A stretch of 64,000 nt of DNA from a virus (Duplodnaviria > Caudoviricetes): IMG/VR virus record IMGVR_UViG_3300036803_000040, positions 11,615-75,614 of that record; one strand, written 5' to 3'. The first letter of the stretch is position 1; each line of letters opens with the position of its first letter. Under the pieces are notes generated by a model that saw nothing but the letters and a program-made list of their open reading frames with translations, was not told the DNA's origin and did no database searches. Positions 36,778 through 47,029 of the stretch are shown here, piece after piece. The translations under genes were made by a program, and so were the position numbers.

Positions 36778-37397
36778 TAGCCGCTTCGCAGCGCCCCGGA
36801 CCAGCGGCCAGGAACGAGCCCGCCGGTGGCCAGCGGCGCCGTCGGCGGGATCCGCCCACCCTGCCACCAGCTGACCCGGAGGTTCGCCACGACGGTGTAC
36901 CGCAGCTCGTCCATCGCATCCTGAATCGGCCGGACGGTGAACGTCTGATCGACCGCGGCGTGCATGTACGGGTCAGCCGGCCCCTGCCGGCCAGCGCCCT
37001 CGAGCGGCACGCCGGCGTAAGCGTAGACCGGCAGCCGCCACGGAGCTCCGATCAGCACCGGCGGATCAGCGTCAGTGACCAGCCCCCGCGAGAAACCCGC
37101 GTCAAGCAGTCCCGCGGTGGCCCGCGCCGTCTCTGCCGCCTCGACCGCGGTCGCTCCGACCACCGGGTAGCAGACCACCGTGAACGGCTGCTGCTTCTGC
37201 ACGTCGCCCTGATTGACCGCCCGCCGCGCGAACGGTGTCGCCAGCAGGCCCGGCTCGAGCACGGCGACCGGCCGCGCATCATCAGCCACCGCGGTCCGCT
37301 GCAGCCTCACCGTCCACGGCGGCGAGCCGAGCATCTGCGCCACATAGCGGCGCAGCGACCGGAACACGTCATCGGGATCTCCGTAGCCGCTAGGCAT
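36777..37397 (-). CDS. Tail completion/terminator protein
   Basis: Synteny; trimmed to MPSGYG. Confidence 0.6.
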   Translation of the reverse strand: MPSGYGDPDDVFRSLRRYVAQMLGSPPWTVRLQRTAVADDARPVAVLEPGLLATPFARRAVNQGDVQKQQPFTVVCYPVVGATAVEAAETARATAGLLDAGFSRGLVTDADPPVLIGAPWRLPVYAYAGVPLEGAGRQGPADPYMHAAVDQTFTVRPIQDAMDELRYTVVANLRVSWWQGGRIPPTAPLATGGLVPGRWSGALRSG

Positions 37398-37914
37398 GAA
37401 CCTGAGCCTCCTGTCCGCGCGCCCACCGCTCGAGCTCCTCGGCGCCGATCTCCTGCCACAGCGCGGCGATCTCACCCAGCGCCGTCGTCAGCATGAAAGT
37501 GCCCTTTGTCCCGGTGTGATGCACGATCGTCGCGTAGACCGTGTGCCCGAACTGATCCCAGAATCGCAGCATCCCGCCGGCGCGCGGCATGATGATGTGC
37601 GGCATCGTCGGATACTCGACGTAAGGCGCGATCTCATCGTTCGTGTAGACGTCCATCCGCATCAGCGACCCGTTCTCGAGCACCTCGAGCTCGCCGACCT
37701 TCCACGACTCCTTTAGCGTGCCCGGCAGCCGGCCGTGGCGTGACTTCATCCACTCCTCGAGGTTGACGTTCGGCGGCGGCTTGGCGATCGGCGTGTGCTC
37801 CCTCGTGCGCTCGTGCAGGATCTCCACGACCCGCTCGACCGTCCGGCGCTGCGCCTCGAGCAGCAGCTCGGGCCGACCGAAATTCTCGAGCTTGCCGTCC
37901 GCGTTGTAGCCCAT
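37390..37914 (-). CDS. HK97 gp10-like neck protein
   Basis: HTP...GTLKESW...APYVEYPT..HII.P...V.H.GTKG. Confidence 0.75.
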   Translation of the reverse strand: MGYNADGKLENFGRPELLLEAQRRTVERVVEILHERTREHTPIAKPPPNVNLEEWMKSRHGRLPGTLKESWKVGELEVLENGSLMRMDVYTNDEIAPYVEYPTMPHIIMPRAGGMLRFWDQFGHTVYATIVHHTGTKGTFMLTTALGEIAALWQEIGAEELERWARGQEAQVHA

Positions 37915-38330
37915 CAGTCCTGCACCATCCGCAGCGTCGCCTGCACCCCGAACACCGTGCCGGGAGGCCCGAACGGCTGCGCATCCCCGACCAGCGACCA
38001 CCTGGCCGTCTCAGAGCCCGTCCACGCCGCGAGCTCGGGCGCGGTGACCAGCAGATCCGATTCGCGGCGCAGCACCACCGTCGACCCGTCAGGCCGGATG
38101 ATGTTGTAGAGCAGCGTCGGCTGCTCGATCACCCGCCGGCGGTACTGATTGGCCTGCTCGCCCCCGCCGCCGGGCAGGAACAGCACGCACGGGAACGGGA
38201 CGCCCTGCGTCGGCTCTCCGCCGCCCTCAGCGCCCGGCTCGCCCTCGATCCACTCCGCCGGGTCGGTCTGCGGCTCGTCGTACTCGAGCGGCGTGCCCGT
38301 GTGCACAAGGATGTAGCTCGGCAGCGCCAT
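37914..38330 (-). CDS. Head-tail joining protein
   Basis: Synteny; 138 aa. Confidence 0.55.
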   Translation of the reverse strand: MALPSYILVHTGTPLEYDEPQTDPAEWIEGEPGAEGGGEPTQGVPFPCVLFLPGGGGEQANQYRRRVIEQPTLLYNIIRPDGSTVVLRRESDLLVTAPELAAWTGSETARWSLVGDAQPFGPPGTVFGVQATLRMVQD

Positions 38331-38752
38331 CAGACGGCCCGGAGCCGCCGGACCTCGCCGCGCTCCTCCTCATGCGGGCAGACCCCGCCGTTGTAGGCCC
38401 GAGCGCAGTTGCAATTCCAGCACAACAGCTGAAACCCCTCCGGATACCCGTGGCGCGCGAGCCACTCGAGCACCAGCCCCGGCCCGCCGATCTGGCGCCG
38501 GTGCGCGTGGCCACCACCGTTCACATGATCGATCGTCAGGAACTTCGGGTTCGCCTCGCCACAGCACGCGCACTGATCGCCGTAGGCCGCGAACGCCGCG
38601 GCCTTGAGACGGCGCCGGCGTGCTGCGTTCTTCGCGGCCGATCGATCGAGGCACTCCTGACAGCGCCGGCGCCCCGGCTTGGGATCGCGGCCGCAGTCGG
38701 CGCAGCGACCCGCGGCGATCCGTCTGCTGCGAAGTCGCGCATCGCCTCCCAT
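38330..38752 (-). CDS. Free-standing HNH endonuclease
   Basis: CACCGE...LTIDHVNGGG...FQLLCWNCN. Confidence 0.85.
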   Translation of the reverse strand: MGGDARLRSRRIAAGRCADCGRDPKPGRRRCQECLDRSAAKNAARRRRLKAAAFAAYGDQCACCGEANPKFLTIDHVNGGGHAHRRQIGGPGLVLEWLARHGYPEGFQLLCWNCNCARAYNGGVCPHEEERGEVRRLRAV

Positions 38753-38756
38753 CCGC

Positions 38757-39656
38757 TCAATATCCGTCGGGCCCACCGTGGCCAAAGCCGCCCGGCCAGC
38801 CGATCGTGCCGCTGCCGTAGCCGAGCGACTGCCGGCGGTAATCGAACGCCGTCGCGACACCGGTCGGCGGAGCGACACCCGTCGCGCGCCACACGAAGTA
38901 GTCGCGGGCATCCTCGGTGGCCAGCGCCCACAGCGCCGAGTCCAGCGCATCATCGGTGTCCATCGGCGGACGGCCCTGCGTGGCGCCGCGGCGCGCGAAC
39001 TCGCCCGGCGCGAAATAGCTCTCCGAGTACGGGCCCGCATTGAAGCCCCGCAGCCGCCGGCCCGTCGCGATCTGCTCCGCGAACGCCGGATCCGTCGTCA
39101 CCTTGATCCGCTCAGCCATCCGGGCGATCGCCTGCAACGCGACCGGCGCGAGCTCGTTCGGCACGAGCTCGCACTGCCCCTCATCCGGCGGCGCGGGACA
39201 GCCCAACGTCTGATCGATCAGACGCCACGTGACCGACTGCACCAGCGCGATCGCCTGATAAGTGATCCGGCGCAGATCCCCCGTCGCAGCCGGATCGACG
39301 GCCGGCCGCGGGAACTTCTCACGCAACAGCGGCGACGCATCCCACACGTCATCCGGCGACGGCGGCATGTCGGAGTCGATCGAGCTGCGCACCACGTCTG
39401 ACGGCTCCGACGCGTTCCCGCCGGCGTCGAGAAACACGAGCCGATACCACCCCGTCGTCAGCTGCGCCTGCGCCGTTGTCACGCTCCGCGCCATCGGCGC
39501 GCTCGGGTCGGTGTCAAGCGTGACGAGCGCCAGCGTATCGACGGTCAGCCATGCCCCATCCGGAGCGGTCGCCTCCTGCACCTCGGCCTGCGTCCACGGC
39601 ACCCCGTCATAGCGCGGGTCCGGCACAAGATCAGTCAGACTGACTACGCGGGGCAT
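38757..39656 (-). CDS. Head-tail adaptor-like protein with N-terminal beta domain
   Basis: Synteny; N-terminal GWYRLVFLD; helical C-terminus. Confidence 0.55.
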   Translation of the reverse strand: MPRVVSLTDLVPDPRYDGVPWTQAEVQEATAPDGAWLTVDTLALVTLDTDPSAPMARSVTTAQAQLTTGWYRLVFLDAGGNASEPSDVVRSSIDSDMPPSPDDVWDASPLLREKFPRPAVDPAATGDLRRITYQAIALVQSVTWRLIDQTLGCPAPPDEGQCELVPNELAPVALQAIARMAERIKVTTDPAFAEQIATGRRLRGFNAGPYSESYFAPGEFARRGATQGRPPMDTDDALDSALWALATEDARDYFVWRATGVAPPTGVATAFDYRRQSLGYGSGTIGWPGGFGHGGPDGY

Positions 39657-39698
39657 GTCGCAACCATACTTCCGACCCTCACCCGATCCCGCTGACGG

Positions 39699-41714
39699 TC
39701 AGAGGATGCCGACCCATGTCGCCGCCCCGGCGCCGCCAGCCACCGTGCATATGTACTCGCGCTGATTGGCGACCGTCGGCGTGTCGGTCCGGTGATACCG
39801 GGCGCCGAGCGTGCCCGGACAGACCGGGGCGCCGGTGCCGACCACCGGCTGCAGATCCCACGTGTTGCCCAGAACCGCCGTAGTCTGCATGTAGGTGAGC
39901 GGGCGCGTCACGTTGGCGCCGTTGCGGATCTGCGCGACGGTGATCGTCGAGCCCGGCGCATACTGGCCGGCCGGCGCCGTGAAGGTGCTCACGATCGATG
40001 CGCGGACGAACGGGCCCGGATTGCCATTCCAGCCCGTGACCGGCGTGATGATCGCCGTGTTCTGGCAGTAGTAGCTGTTATCGAGGATCGTGTAGTTGCT
40101 CGCGTCCCCGCCGTTCGTGCTGACCAGCGCGCCCATCGTCGAGTTTGTGTACCCCCACGGACTGTTCGACGCGCCCTGATCGTCGATCGCCGTGTTTCTT
40201 GAGACGGTGCTGTTGACCACCCGGTTCGTGCCGGCCACGCTCGCGCTCGTCGTCACCGAGATCACAGCCGCGCCGGCCGCGGGGAACAGGCCCGAGTCGC
40301 GGATCGTGTTATCGGTGATCTTCAGCCCGTCGATCGAGTAGGCGATCACCGAGATCCCCGAGTAGAGCGCACCGGTGATGTTGTTGCGAGCGATCGTCCA
40401 GTCCTTCGCGAGCACGGTGCTCGTGCCGCCCATCTGCAGCGAGATATGGGCCGAGTAGCCGCCCGTCGCGCCCGACCACGCGAACGTGTTGAGCGCCGTG
40501 TTATTCGGCGTCGTGCCGATGTCATTGTCGGTGATCGACAGCCGGCTCATCGAACCCGTCTGGACGGACGGGCCGAACCAGATCCCGGCGATCACCAGCC
40601 CCGCGCCCGTGTTCACATTCCAGATCGACGGGTCGACGGTGATCACATTGTCGTGGATCTTCACGTCGTCGAGCCCGTAGTAGTTGCCGCCCGAGAGCGT
40701 GTACGGGCCGAGCTCGATCCCGACCGCGCAATGCTGGAAATCGTTGTCGTGCCAATGGACGCCGACCGAGTTATAAGACCCGGCCGAGTCACGGTCCTGC
40801 CAACTATTGCTCGAGGCACCCAGGAAGCCGCCGAACTGCAGACCGAACGCCCGATTGTCGTGCACGTGCGCCGCGGAGCCGTGCGTCTCGATCGCTGTCC
40901 GAGCTCCGTAGTTCGTCACATAGGCCGGCGTGACGCCGCCCAGCAGCGTCGGCTCCCCGCCCGGATTGCCCTGCCAGAACGTGTTGTGATGGATGCTCAT
41001 CCCCACCGCGTCGAGGTAGATGCACGAGAAGTCGTGCTTCTGCGCGGCGATCGTGTTCCCGAGATTGTCGAACTGGCAGTAGCTCACCTCGACGTCGGAC
41101 GAGTTGCCCACATTGTCCGACGAGCCGCTGACCACCCAGACCGAATCGAAGTTCGTGAACCGCAGCCCCTTGACCTTCTGATGCGAACCGATCCCCAGCC
41201 CGATCGCCTCGCACGCCGCCCCGCCGGCGGCAGGCACCACGCCCGCGGCGATCCGCGCCGCCGAGTTACCGTCGATCGTGCCGCCCCCGTGATAGAGCTC
41301 GCCGCTCATGTCGGTGTTCACGCCCACCGGCCCGAAAATCTGACTGAACGCCGTCGTCGACGTCTTCACGCGCAGCGTCGCGCCCTTCTGGATCTCGACC
41401 TCAATCCCGCCGTTGAGCGTGATCAGCGTCTTACTCGTCCCCGAGCTGTTGGTCACCGCCGGGTTGACGAGATAGATCGCCTTAGAGATCCCGATCCAGC
41501 CGGGGAAAAACAGCTTGCCGTTGACCGCCGTCGCAGCGTCCGCGGCTGCTTGGATCGCGGCCGTGTCATCCGTCACACCATCGCCGAGCGCCCCCGAGCT
41601 GCACACGTCGAACACGCGCGCCGTGGCCCGCTGCATCGCCGCGGGGAACTGCACGCCGGCGCCGGTGAGATCGATGCCGCCCTTCGGCCAAATCTTCTCG
41701 AGAAACGTCCTCAC
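39699..41714 (-). CDS. Right-handed beta-helix spike/depolymerase
   Basis: GALGDGVTDDTAAIQAA followed by parallel beta-helix repeats. Confidence 0.85.
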   Translation of the reverse strand: MRTFLEKIWPKGGIDLTGAGVQFPAAMQRATARVFDVCSSGALGDGVTDDTAAIQAAADAATAVNGKLFFPGWIGISKAIYLVNPAVTNSSGTSKTLITLNGGIEVEIQKGATLRVKTSTTAFSQIFGPVGVNTDMSGELYHGGGTIDGNSAARIAAGVVPAAGGAACEAIGLGIGSHQKVKGLRFTNFDSVWVVSGSSDNVGNSSDVEVSYCQFDNLGNTIAAQKHDFSCIYLDAVGMSIHHNTFWQGNPGGEPTLLGGVTPAYVTNYGARTAIETHGSAAHVHDNRAFGLQFGGFLGASSNSWQDRDSAGSYNSVGVHWHDNDFQHCAVGIELGPYTLSGGNYYGLDDVKIHDNVITVDPSIWNVNTGAGLVIAGIWFGPSVQTGSMSRLSITDNDIGTTPNNTALNTFAWSGATGGYSAHISLQMGGTSTVLAKDWTIARNNITGALYSGISVIAYSIDGLKITDNTIRDSGLFPAAGAAVISVTTSASVAGTNRVVNSTVSRNTAIDDQGASNSPWGYTNSTMGALVSTNGGDASNYTILDNSYYCQNTAIITPVTGWNGNPGPFVRASIVSTFTAPAGQYAPGSTITVAQIRNGANVTRPLTYMQTTAVLGNTWDLQPVVGTGAPVCPGTLGARYHRTDTPTVANQREYICTVAGGAGAATWVGIL

Positions 41715-41727
41715 GCGACTCTCCTCA

Positions 41728-44190
41728 TCAGACCGCCGCCCCGGTGGCGTCTACCCAGCCGGTGTTCGCCGTGTTCACCCAGATCGGCTTGTTCAGGGTC
41801 GTGTCAAAGAAACTCAGCCCCGGCCCTGTGTTCGATCCCAAGGCGGGGCGAGCTCCCGTCGCGCCGGACCCGGTGCGCATGCTCCGGGTGCCGTTCATCA
41901 CGAGATGCCCGGATGAATTGATCCGCATCAGCTCAGTCGACGCGGCCGGCGACCCGGAGAAAAAGATGTGCTGCGGGTTGACGGCCGCGTAGTAGTTCAG
42001 GACGTTCGCCGACACGAGGCTCGCGCTCGTGGTCCCGAACGTGATTCTGGGCCCGAACGTCGGGGAGTAATCGTCCGTCGAGTTAGCCCCGCCGCCGGTC
42101 TGCACGTAGTACGGGTTGGTCAGGTTCGTGGCCACGCCGCGCTTGACGTTGAAGTTAGAGGCCGAGTCCTCATAGACCGCGCCCTGACAGGCGCCCGTCC
42201 CGTCAATGCAGACCGGGCCGCTGACCGAGCATCGGGTGCTGACGGTCAGGAAGATCGGCGCGGTCTGATCGTTGTGCTGGACAGCGGAGGCCGCGATCCC
42301 GTAGACGCCGCCAGACACGCTGACGCTCGTGCTGCCGGTGATCAGCAGCGCCCGCGTCGTCGCGAACGGCGCGATGTTGCCGTTGAGCGCCACGCCGGTG
42401 CCCTTGACGATGAACGGGCTCGGGCAGGCGTCGAGCGTGACGTTGCCGGCGATGATCCCGCCGGTGGCGTTGGCGCCCGTCGTCGGCGAGCAGTTGACCA
42501 TGCCGGCACCCAGGCCCGACCCGACGTTGCCCTCGAGCACGAAATCGGTGAACGTGTCGCCGGCGCCGTTGGCTTCCAAGTCGATCGCGAACGAGCCGAT
42601 CGTCTTGAATCGGCACATGGCGACCCGGAGGTTGCTGACCCTGATGATCGCGAGCCCCATGCGAGCGTTCGTGTCGGTGTCGCCGACCACGGATGCGCCG
42701 CAGTCATCGAATACGCAATGCGTGAACTCGACATCATCGGGCGCGCCGTTCGTGGCGTTGAGGTAGGCCCCGTCGCCGCGGAAGTTGTAGAACCGGCACC
42801 GGTTGACCTTCAGCCGCGCGATCGCGTTCGCAGTCGACAGCCACAGCGCAGCGATGTCCTCCGACGCGCCGTGATTCCCGTTGCGCTTGTTGCCGTCGAA
42901 CGTGATCCCCTCAAAGCTCAGATCGGTCGCGGCATCGGACGGGATGAACAGGTAATAGACGGCGTTGCCCGTCGCGGTGTTGGGCGCCATCGTGATCGTC
43001 GTGTTGCCCATCCCCTCGCCGGTGACTCGAGTGCCCGACGGCAGCGCCGGCAGCACGCTCGGAGTCACCACGAAGTTGCCGCGGCCAAAGTTGAGCGTGG
43101 CGCCGCCGGCGGGAAGCGCGTTGATCGCGGCCGTGATCGCCGTCGTGGCGTTACTGCCGTCGCCGGCAGCGCCCCACGCCTTGACGCTGACGCTCGGCGC
43201 GTCGGTGTACTTGAGCGTCCCGTCTGAGCGGACAACGACCTGCTGGCCGGCGCTGCCGACCGCGAGCCGCGCCCACGTGCCCCCAGAGCGCACGAGAATG
43301 TCCTGATCGGCCACGCCCCGCGCGTCGGTGACCACGCCGGCGTTGAGCTCGGCGAGCGGCTGATGCCCGGTCGCGTCCAGCGAGCCGACACCGTTCGCGG
43401 CTCCGCGCGACAGCGGCCCGATATACACCGACGGGTTGCCGGTGATGTTCACCGTGTAGGCGTTCAGCGCCGGCGGCGAGCTCACCCACGCTTCCGCCGA
43501 GAGCGTGATGTGATTCGCGTCGGTGTAGACGACATCACAGTCTTCCTGCGCCAGCGTCGTGTTGTTGATCAGCGTCGCCTTGACGTACTGAACGCCGAGC
43601 CCGTGATTGACCACGAACGACGACGAGGCCCCGTCCCCGATCTGCGCCGTTGACACGCCGCCCGTCGAGCCGAGCGTCGGGATCTGCGCCGCCGGGATCT
43701 TCGACGTGCCATCCAGTGACGCGACGCCGTTCGCCGCAGCTCGAGCCGCGGCCAGCACCGCCGCCGCAGTCCCCGCCGGCTCACCCCCAAGATCCGCCGC
43801 GGCGACACCCGACGCGATTATCGCCGCCTTCGTCGGCGCTGACGTCGGATCGTTCGCCGACCCGGCCGCGATCGTCCGCGGCGTGACCAGCCCCCCGCCG
43901 CTGACCACGATGTCGAGCTCCTGCGGCTGCCCGACAAACACCGGGTTCTGCGCCGTGTCGACCACCTGGCCATCAGCATTGGTCTGCAACGGCTGCGCCA
44001 CCGGCGCGCCCGAGCCCGTCGAGTTTTCAAAGCAGTCCGCGTGCGTCGTCGTGCCACGCTCATACACGTGCACCGTCGCCCCGACCGCCGGCACCAGCAC
44101 CCGCTGCGCCGCCGAATACCCCGGCAGGAACAGCGACGTCGAGCCGAGAACAGCTCCGCCGACGAGCTCGTCTACGGGGACGTAATACAT
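41728..44190 (-). CDS. Right-handed beta-helix spike/depolymerase
   Basis: SVKAWGAAGDGSNATTAITAA..., beta-helix repeats; C-terminal FDTTLNKPIW...WVDATG. Confidence 0.85.
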   Translation of the reverse strand: MYYVPVDELVGGAVLGSTSLFLPGYSAAQRVLVPAVGATVHVYERGTTTHADCFENSTGSGAPVAQPLQTNADGQVVDTAQNPVFVGQPQELDIVVSGGGLVTPRTIAAGSANDPTSAPTKAAIIASGVAAADLGGEPAGTAAAVLAAARAAANGVASLDGTSKIPAAQIPTLGSTGGVSTAQIGDGASSSFVVNHGLGVQYVKATLINNTTLAQEDCDVVYTDANHITLSAEAWVSSPPALNAYTVNITGNPSVYIGPLSRGAANGVGSLDATGHQPLAELNAGVVTDARGVADQDILVRSGGTWARLAVGSAGQQVVVRSDGTLKYTDAPSVSVKAWGAAGDGSNATTAITAAINALPAGGATLNFGRGNFVVTPSVLPALPSGTRVTGEGMGNTTITMAPNTATGNAVYYLFIPSDAATDLSFEGITFDGNKRNGNHGASEDIAALWLSTANAIARLKVNRCRFYNFRGDGAYLNATNGAPDDVEFTHCVFDDCGASVVGDTDTNARMGLAIIRVSNLRVAMCRFKTIGSFAIDLEANGAGDTFTDFVLEGNVGSGLGAGMVNCSPTTGANATGGIIAGNVTLDACPSPFIVKGTGVALNGNIAPFATTRALLITGSTSVSVSGGVYGIAASAVQHNDQTAPIFLTVSTRCSVSGPVCIDGTGACQGAVYEDSASNFNVKRGVATNLTNPYYVQTGGGANSTDDYSPTFGPRITFGTTSASLVSANVLNYYAAVNPQHIFFSGSPAASTELMRINSSGHLVMNGTRSMRTGSGATGARPALGSNTGPGLSFFDTTLNKPIWVNTANTGWVDATGAAV

Positions 44191-44197
44191 GGCGCGC

Positions 44198-44491
44198 TTA
44201 CTCCGCGCGCTGCACGCTGTACTTCGGCGTCCCGGCTGAGATCAACGACACCTTGCGCTGCCCCACGGGAAAGCTCTGAGAGCCCGCAGCGCCCGCCTCG
44301 AGCTCATAGCAGTCGCCCCCGTTGACGGTCGCCTCGTTCCCATCCGTGCACACGAACACCGCCGCTGTCCCGTCCGTCCAGACGGTCACCCGCCCGACCT
44401 CATCCACGAACACGACGTCATCCGCCACGTTCGCGACCAACACCTTGTCGTGCGCTGCGAGCTGACCGCGCGGGACGTTGTAGACCGCCAT
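44198..44491 (-). CDS. Hypothetical virion protein
   Basis: 97-aa ORF in the structural operon. Confidence 0.7.
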   Translation of the reverse strand: MAVYNVPRGQLAAHDKVLVANVADDVVFVDEVGRVTVWTDGTAAVFVCTDGNEATVNGGDCYELEAGAAGSQSFPVGQRKVSLISAGTPKYSVQRAE

Positions 44492-44503
44492 GCCCCGCGG
44501 CGC

Positions 44504-45484
44504 TCAGCTGCCCGAGCCGAGCGACTCCTCGCCGGCGCCCACGACCGTCTTGCGGTTCGCGTGCGTGCGCTCGTAGTCAAGGATCGCCTGGCGCTCCTCG
44601 GCGGTGCGATCCTCATGCTTGAGGTGAGCCGCGACCTGATCGGCCTTCAGCTCGTCATAGCCCTCGAACGGAGGATCCTGCGACGCCACGTTGTCGCCGG
44701 GAGGATCAGCCTCGCCGCCCTCGCCGGCCTGGCCGGGTGACGTTGCGAGATCCGCCTCGAGGCCACCGGTCGGCACCTCGCCGGCGCCCAAGTTCTGCAC
44801 CGCGCGCAGCTGGACGAGCTCGTCGCGCATCTCCTGATTGGCGCGGCGGAGCTGCTCGAGCTCGTCGTTGCGCTCCTCACCGGAGCGCGTGTCCGGCTCG
44901 CCCTCGCCGTCGCCGGCGCTGACAGCATCGTCGGCGCCTCCGCGGCCCTCAGCGGCCTTGCGCAGCGCAGCGATCTCTCGCCGCGCCTCGGTCAGCTGCC
45001 GGCGCTGAATCTCGGCCTGCGTGCCCTCGGTGTCGAACGCGACCACGCCGCGGTCCTTCATCGTCTTGATCTGCGACAGCCGCGAGCCGTTGTCGTAGCT
45101 GTCGGGCAGCACGTCCGCGTTGTACGGCGCGTGCCACTTCGCGACCCGGCCGGACGGCAGCCGGTAGCTGAACGTGAGGATCTGCTGACCGGCGAGATGA
45201 TCGCCGCGCACCGCGGCCGACACGACCACCGCCCCCTCGGGGACGAGCGGGTCGCCGTTCTCGCGCTTCAGCCCGTCGAGGTACTCGCGCACCTCGTCGA
45301 TGTCGATCCCGAGCGTGCGCTCGTCATCGCGCGGCCGTGACAGCGCCCGACGCAGCCCCGGAGGGTTCATCTGCGTGTGCAGCCGGATCAGCTGCCGTGC
45401 GCTGTTGGACTGCGAGACAGTCCCGAACTGAGAAGTGGAGTCGGGATCCAGCGGGCCGACCTTGACACCCGGAAGCGCGCTCAT
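44504..45484 (-). CDS. Capsid-adjacent protein with small C-terminal helical domain
   Basis: Follows the MCP; YDELKADQV...ILDYERTHANRKTV. Confidence 0.75.
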   Translation of the reverse strand: MSALPGVKVGPLDPDSTSQFGTVSQSNSARQLIRLHTQMNPPGLRRALSRPRDDERTLGIDIDEVREYLDGLKRENGDPLVPEGAVVVSAAVRGDHLAGQQILTFSYRLPSGRVAKWHAPYNADVLPDSYDNGSRLSQIKTMKDRGVVAFDTEGTQAEIQRRQLTEARREIAALRKAAEGRGGADDAVSAGDGEGEPDTRSGEERNDELEQLRRANQEMRDELVQLRAVQNLGAGEVPTGGLEADLATSPGQAGEGGEADPPGDNVASQDPPFEGYDELKADQVAAHLKHEDRTAEERQAILDYERTHANRKTVVGAGEESLGSGS

Positions 45485-45487
45485 GGC

Positions 45488-46615
45488 TTACGCCCTCGAG
45501 GCCAGGAAGCAGGCCCGCGGATCGCCCTGCGCGCACCCGAACACGTGCCGGATCTTGTGCGGCAGCTCGTCGAAGTCGAGCGTGTACGGATCATCCGCAC
45601 CCCCGCCGACCGACTCGATCTGCGACCGCATCATGCCGATGAACGGCTCGCGCTGATCACGCAGGAACGCGATCACGAACGCGGGCCGGCTGACATCGGC
45701 GAACAGGCGCCAGTCGTTCGGATCCTGCAGGTAGGGCTCGACGATCACATCGCCGGGCAGCAGCTCGTCGCCGGCCAGAGCGTTGAGCGTGCCCTTCTCG
45801 AGCGTCGACCCGGCCGGGTTGGTCACCTGCACACCCGTCTCCTGAGAGCGCATGATCCGCTTGAAATTCAGGCGGACACGCTCGGAGCGGGTCAGGATGT
45901 TCGCCGGCGTGATGTCGATCGGGAAGCCCTCGGTGTCGGTCGTCGAGCGCATCTGCTCGATGATCGAAACGAGGTTGTCCTCGGTCGGCTCCGCGGCGGC
46001 ACCGGTGAACAGGTTGCCGGAAGGCAGCCCCGTCCGCGGCGTGGCCGTGAAGAACGGCAGACCGTCGATCCAGTTGGCGTTCGTCTCGACGATCGCCGTG
46101 GCGACCTGCGACACGTAGGCGGCGCTCATCCGACCGAGCTCGGTCGGCGTGCGGTTCAGGATCAGGTTCACGTCATCGTTCACGACCATCTCGAACGTGA
46201 CCGAGTACACGCCGCCGTGCTTGCCGACGGAGAAAGGCGGGCCCATCTCCTCCGAGCTGCGGATCCGCGGGTACTCGTCGAACTCCTGCACCGGCCCCAT
46301 CCCGGTCAGCCCGTTGAGCTGCGAGACGGTGTGCACACGGAAGTCCTCCGCGCGCTCGAGGCCGAGATACTGATCCCAGACCGCGGCGCGGCGCTGGAAT
46401 GCCTGCCGCATCCGGTGACGGATGACGGTCAGCATGAAAATCGGGAAGTCGGCACGACCCTCGGGAGAGCCGGTGCCCTCCTCGAGCGCGTCCTCGAAGT
46501 CCTCGGACTCCGCCAGGGCGCGCTGAGCATCGTCGTCGTCGCGCCACGACTCGTACATCTCGAAGAGCTCGAGGTGCTTGCCCCAAACTCCGTAGCGGCC
46601 TGAGCGACGACGCAT
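45488..46615 (-). CDS. Major capsid protein (Mu gpT-like, HK97 fold)
   Basis: DFPIFM...EDFR...VQEFDEY...FSVGKHGGVYSVTFEMVVNDD...LGR. Confidence 0.85.
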   Translation of the reverse strand: MRRRSGRYGVWGKHLELFEMYESWRDDDDAQRALAESEDFEDALEEGTGSPEGRADFPIFMLTVIRHRMRQAFQRRAAVWDQYLGLERAEDFRVHTVSQLNGLTGMGPVQEFDEYPRIRSSEEMGPPFSVGKHGGVYSVTFEMVVNDDVNLILNRTPTELGRMSAAYVSQVATAIVETNANWIDGLPFFTATPRTGLPSGNLFTGAAAEPTEDNLVSIIEQMRSTTDTEGFPIDITPANILTRSERVRLNFKRIMRSQETGVQVTNPAGSTLEKGTLNALAGDELLPGDVIVEPYLQDPNDWRLFADVSRPAFVIAFLRDQREPFIGMMRSQIESVGGGADDPYTLDFDELPHKIRHVFGCAQGDPRACFLASRA

Positions 46616-47028
46616 TAGAACGAGCTCCTGAGATCGAGGTTGACCAGCGCTCGGCCGTGTGTCGTGTCGATCGAGTCGATGACACCGAACCGCTGGAATC
46701 CGGCGTTCAGCACGCCGCCCGTGAGCGCGGTCGCCGCGAGCACGAGCGCGTTGTCCGACGCGCGGATATAGAGCGGCGTGCCGGCCACAGCGCCACCGGG
46801 AAGCAGCGACGTCGCGACCTCGTGCTTGCCGGCGAGCATGATGATGAACGGCTCGCTGATCGCGATCTGCTGCGCGATCGCGGCGTTCGCCACGGACGGG
46901 ACCATCGGCGCGACCTGCTGCGACTTCGCGGCGATGCCCGGATGATTGAGCTCGACGGCGGGAGCGCCGTGAGTCGTCGCCTTCGTGGCTACTGCTTCGT
47001 AGCGCCGGCCGGGAGCCTCAAGCGGCAT
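46615..47028 (-). CDS. Capsid cement/decoration protein (DUF2190-like)
   Basis: 137 aa between scaffold and MCP; AGTPLY...FGV. Confidence 0.65.
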   Translation of the reverse strand: MPLEAPGRRYEAVATKATTHGAPAVELNHPGIAAKSQQVAPMVPSVANAAIAQQIAISEPFIIMLAGKHEVATSLLPGGAVAGTPLYIRASDNALVLAATALTGGVLNAGFQRFGVIDSIDTTHGRALVNLDLRSSF

Positions 47029-47029
47029 G

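Noticed and set aside
38330-38752. Group I intron or intein hosting the HNH
   Set aside because: Both flanking genes have intact starts and stops; there is no room for intron core structure and no intein motifs.
39699-44190. Diversity-generating retroelement targeting the spike genes
   Set aside because: No reverse transcriptase and no template/variable repeat pair seen.
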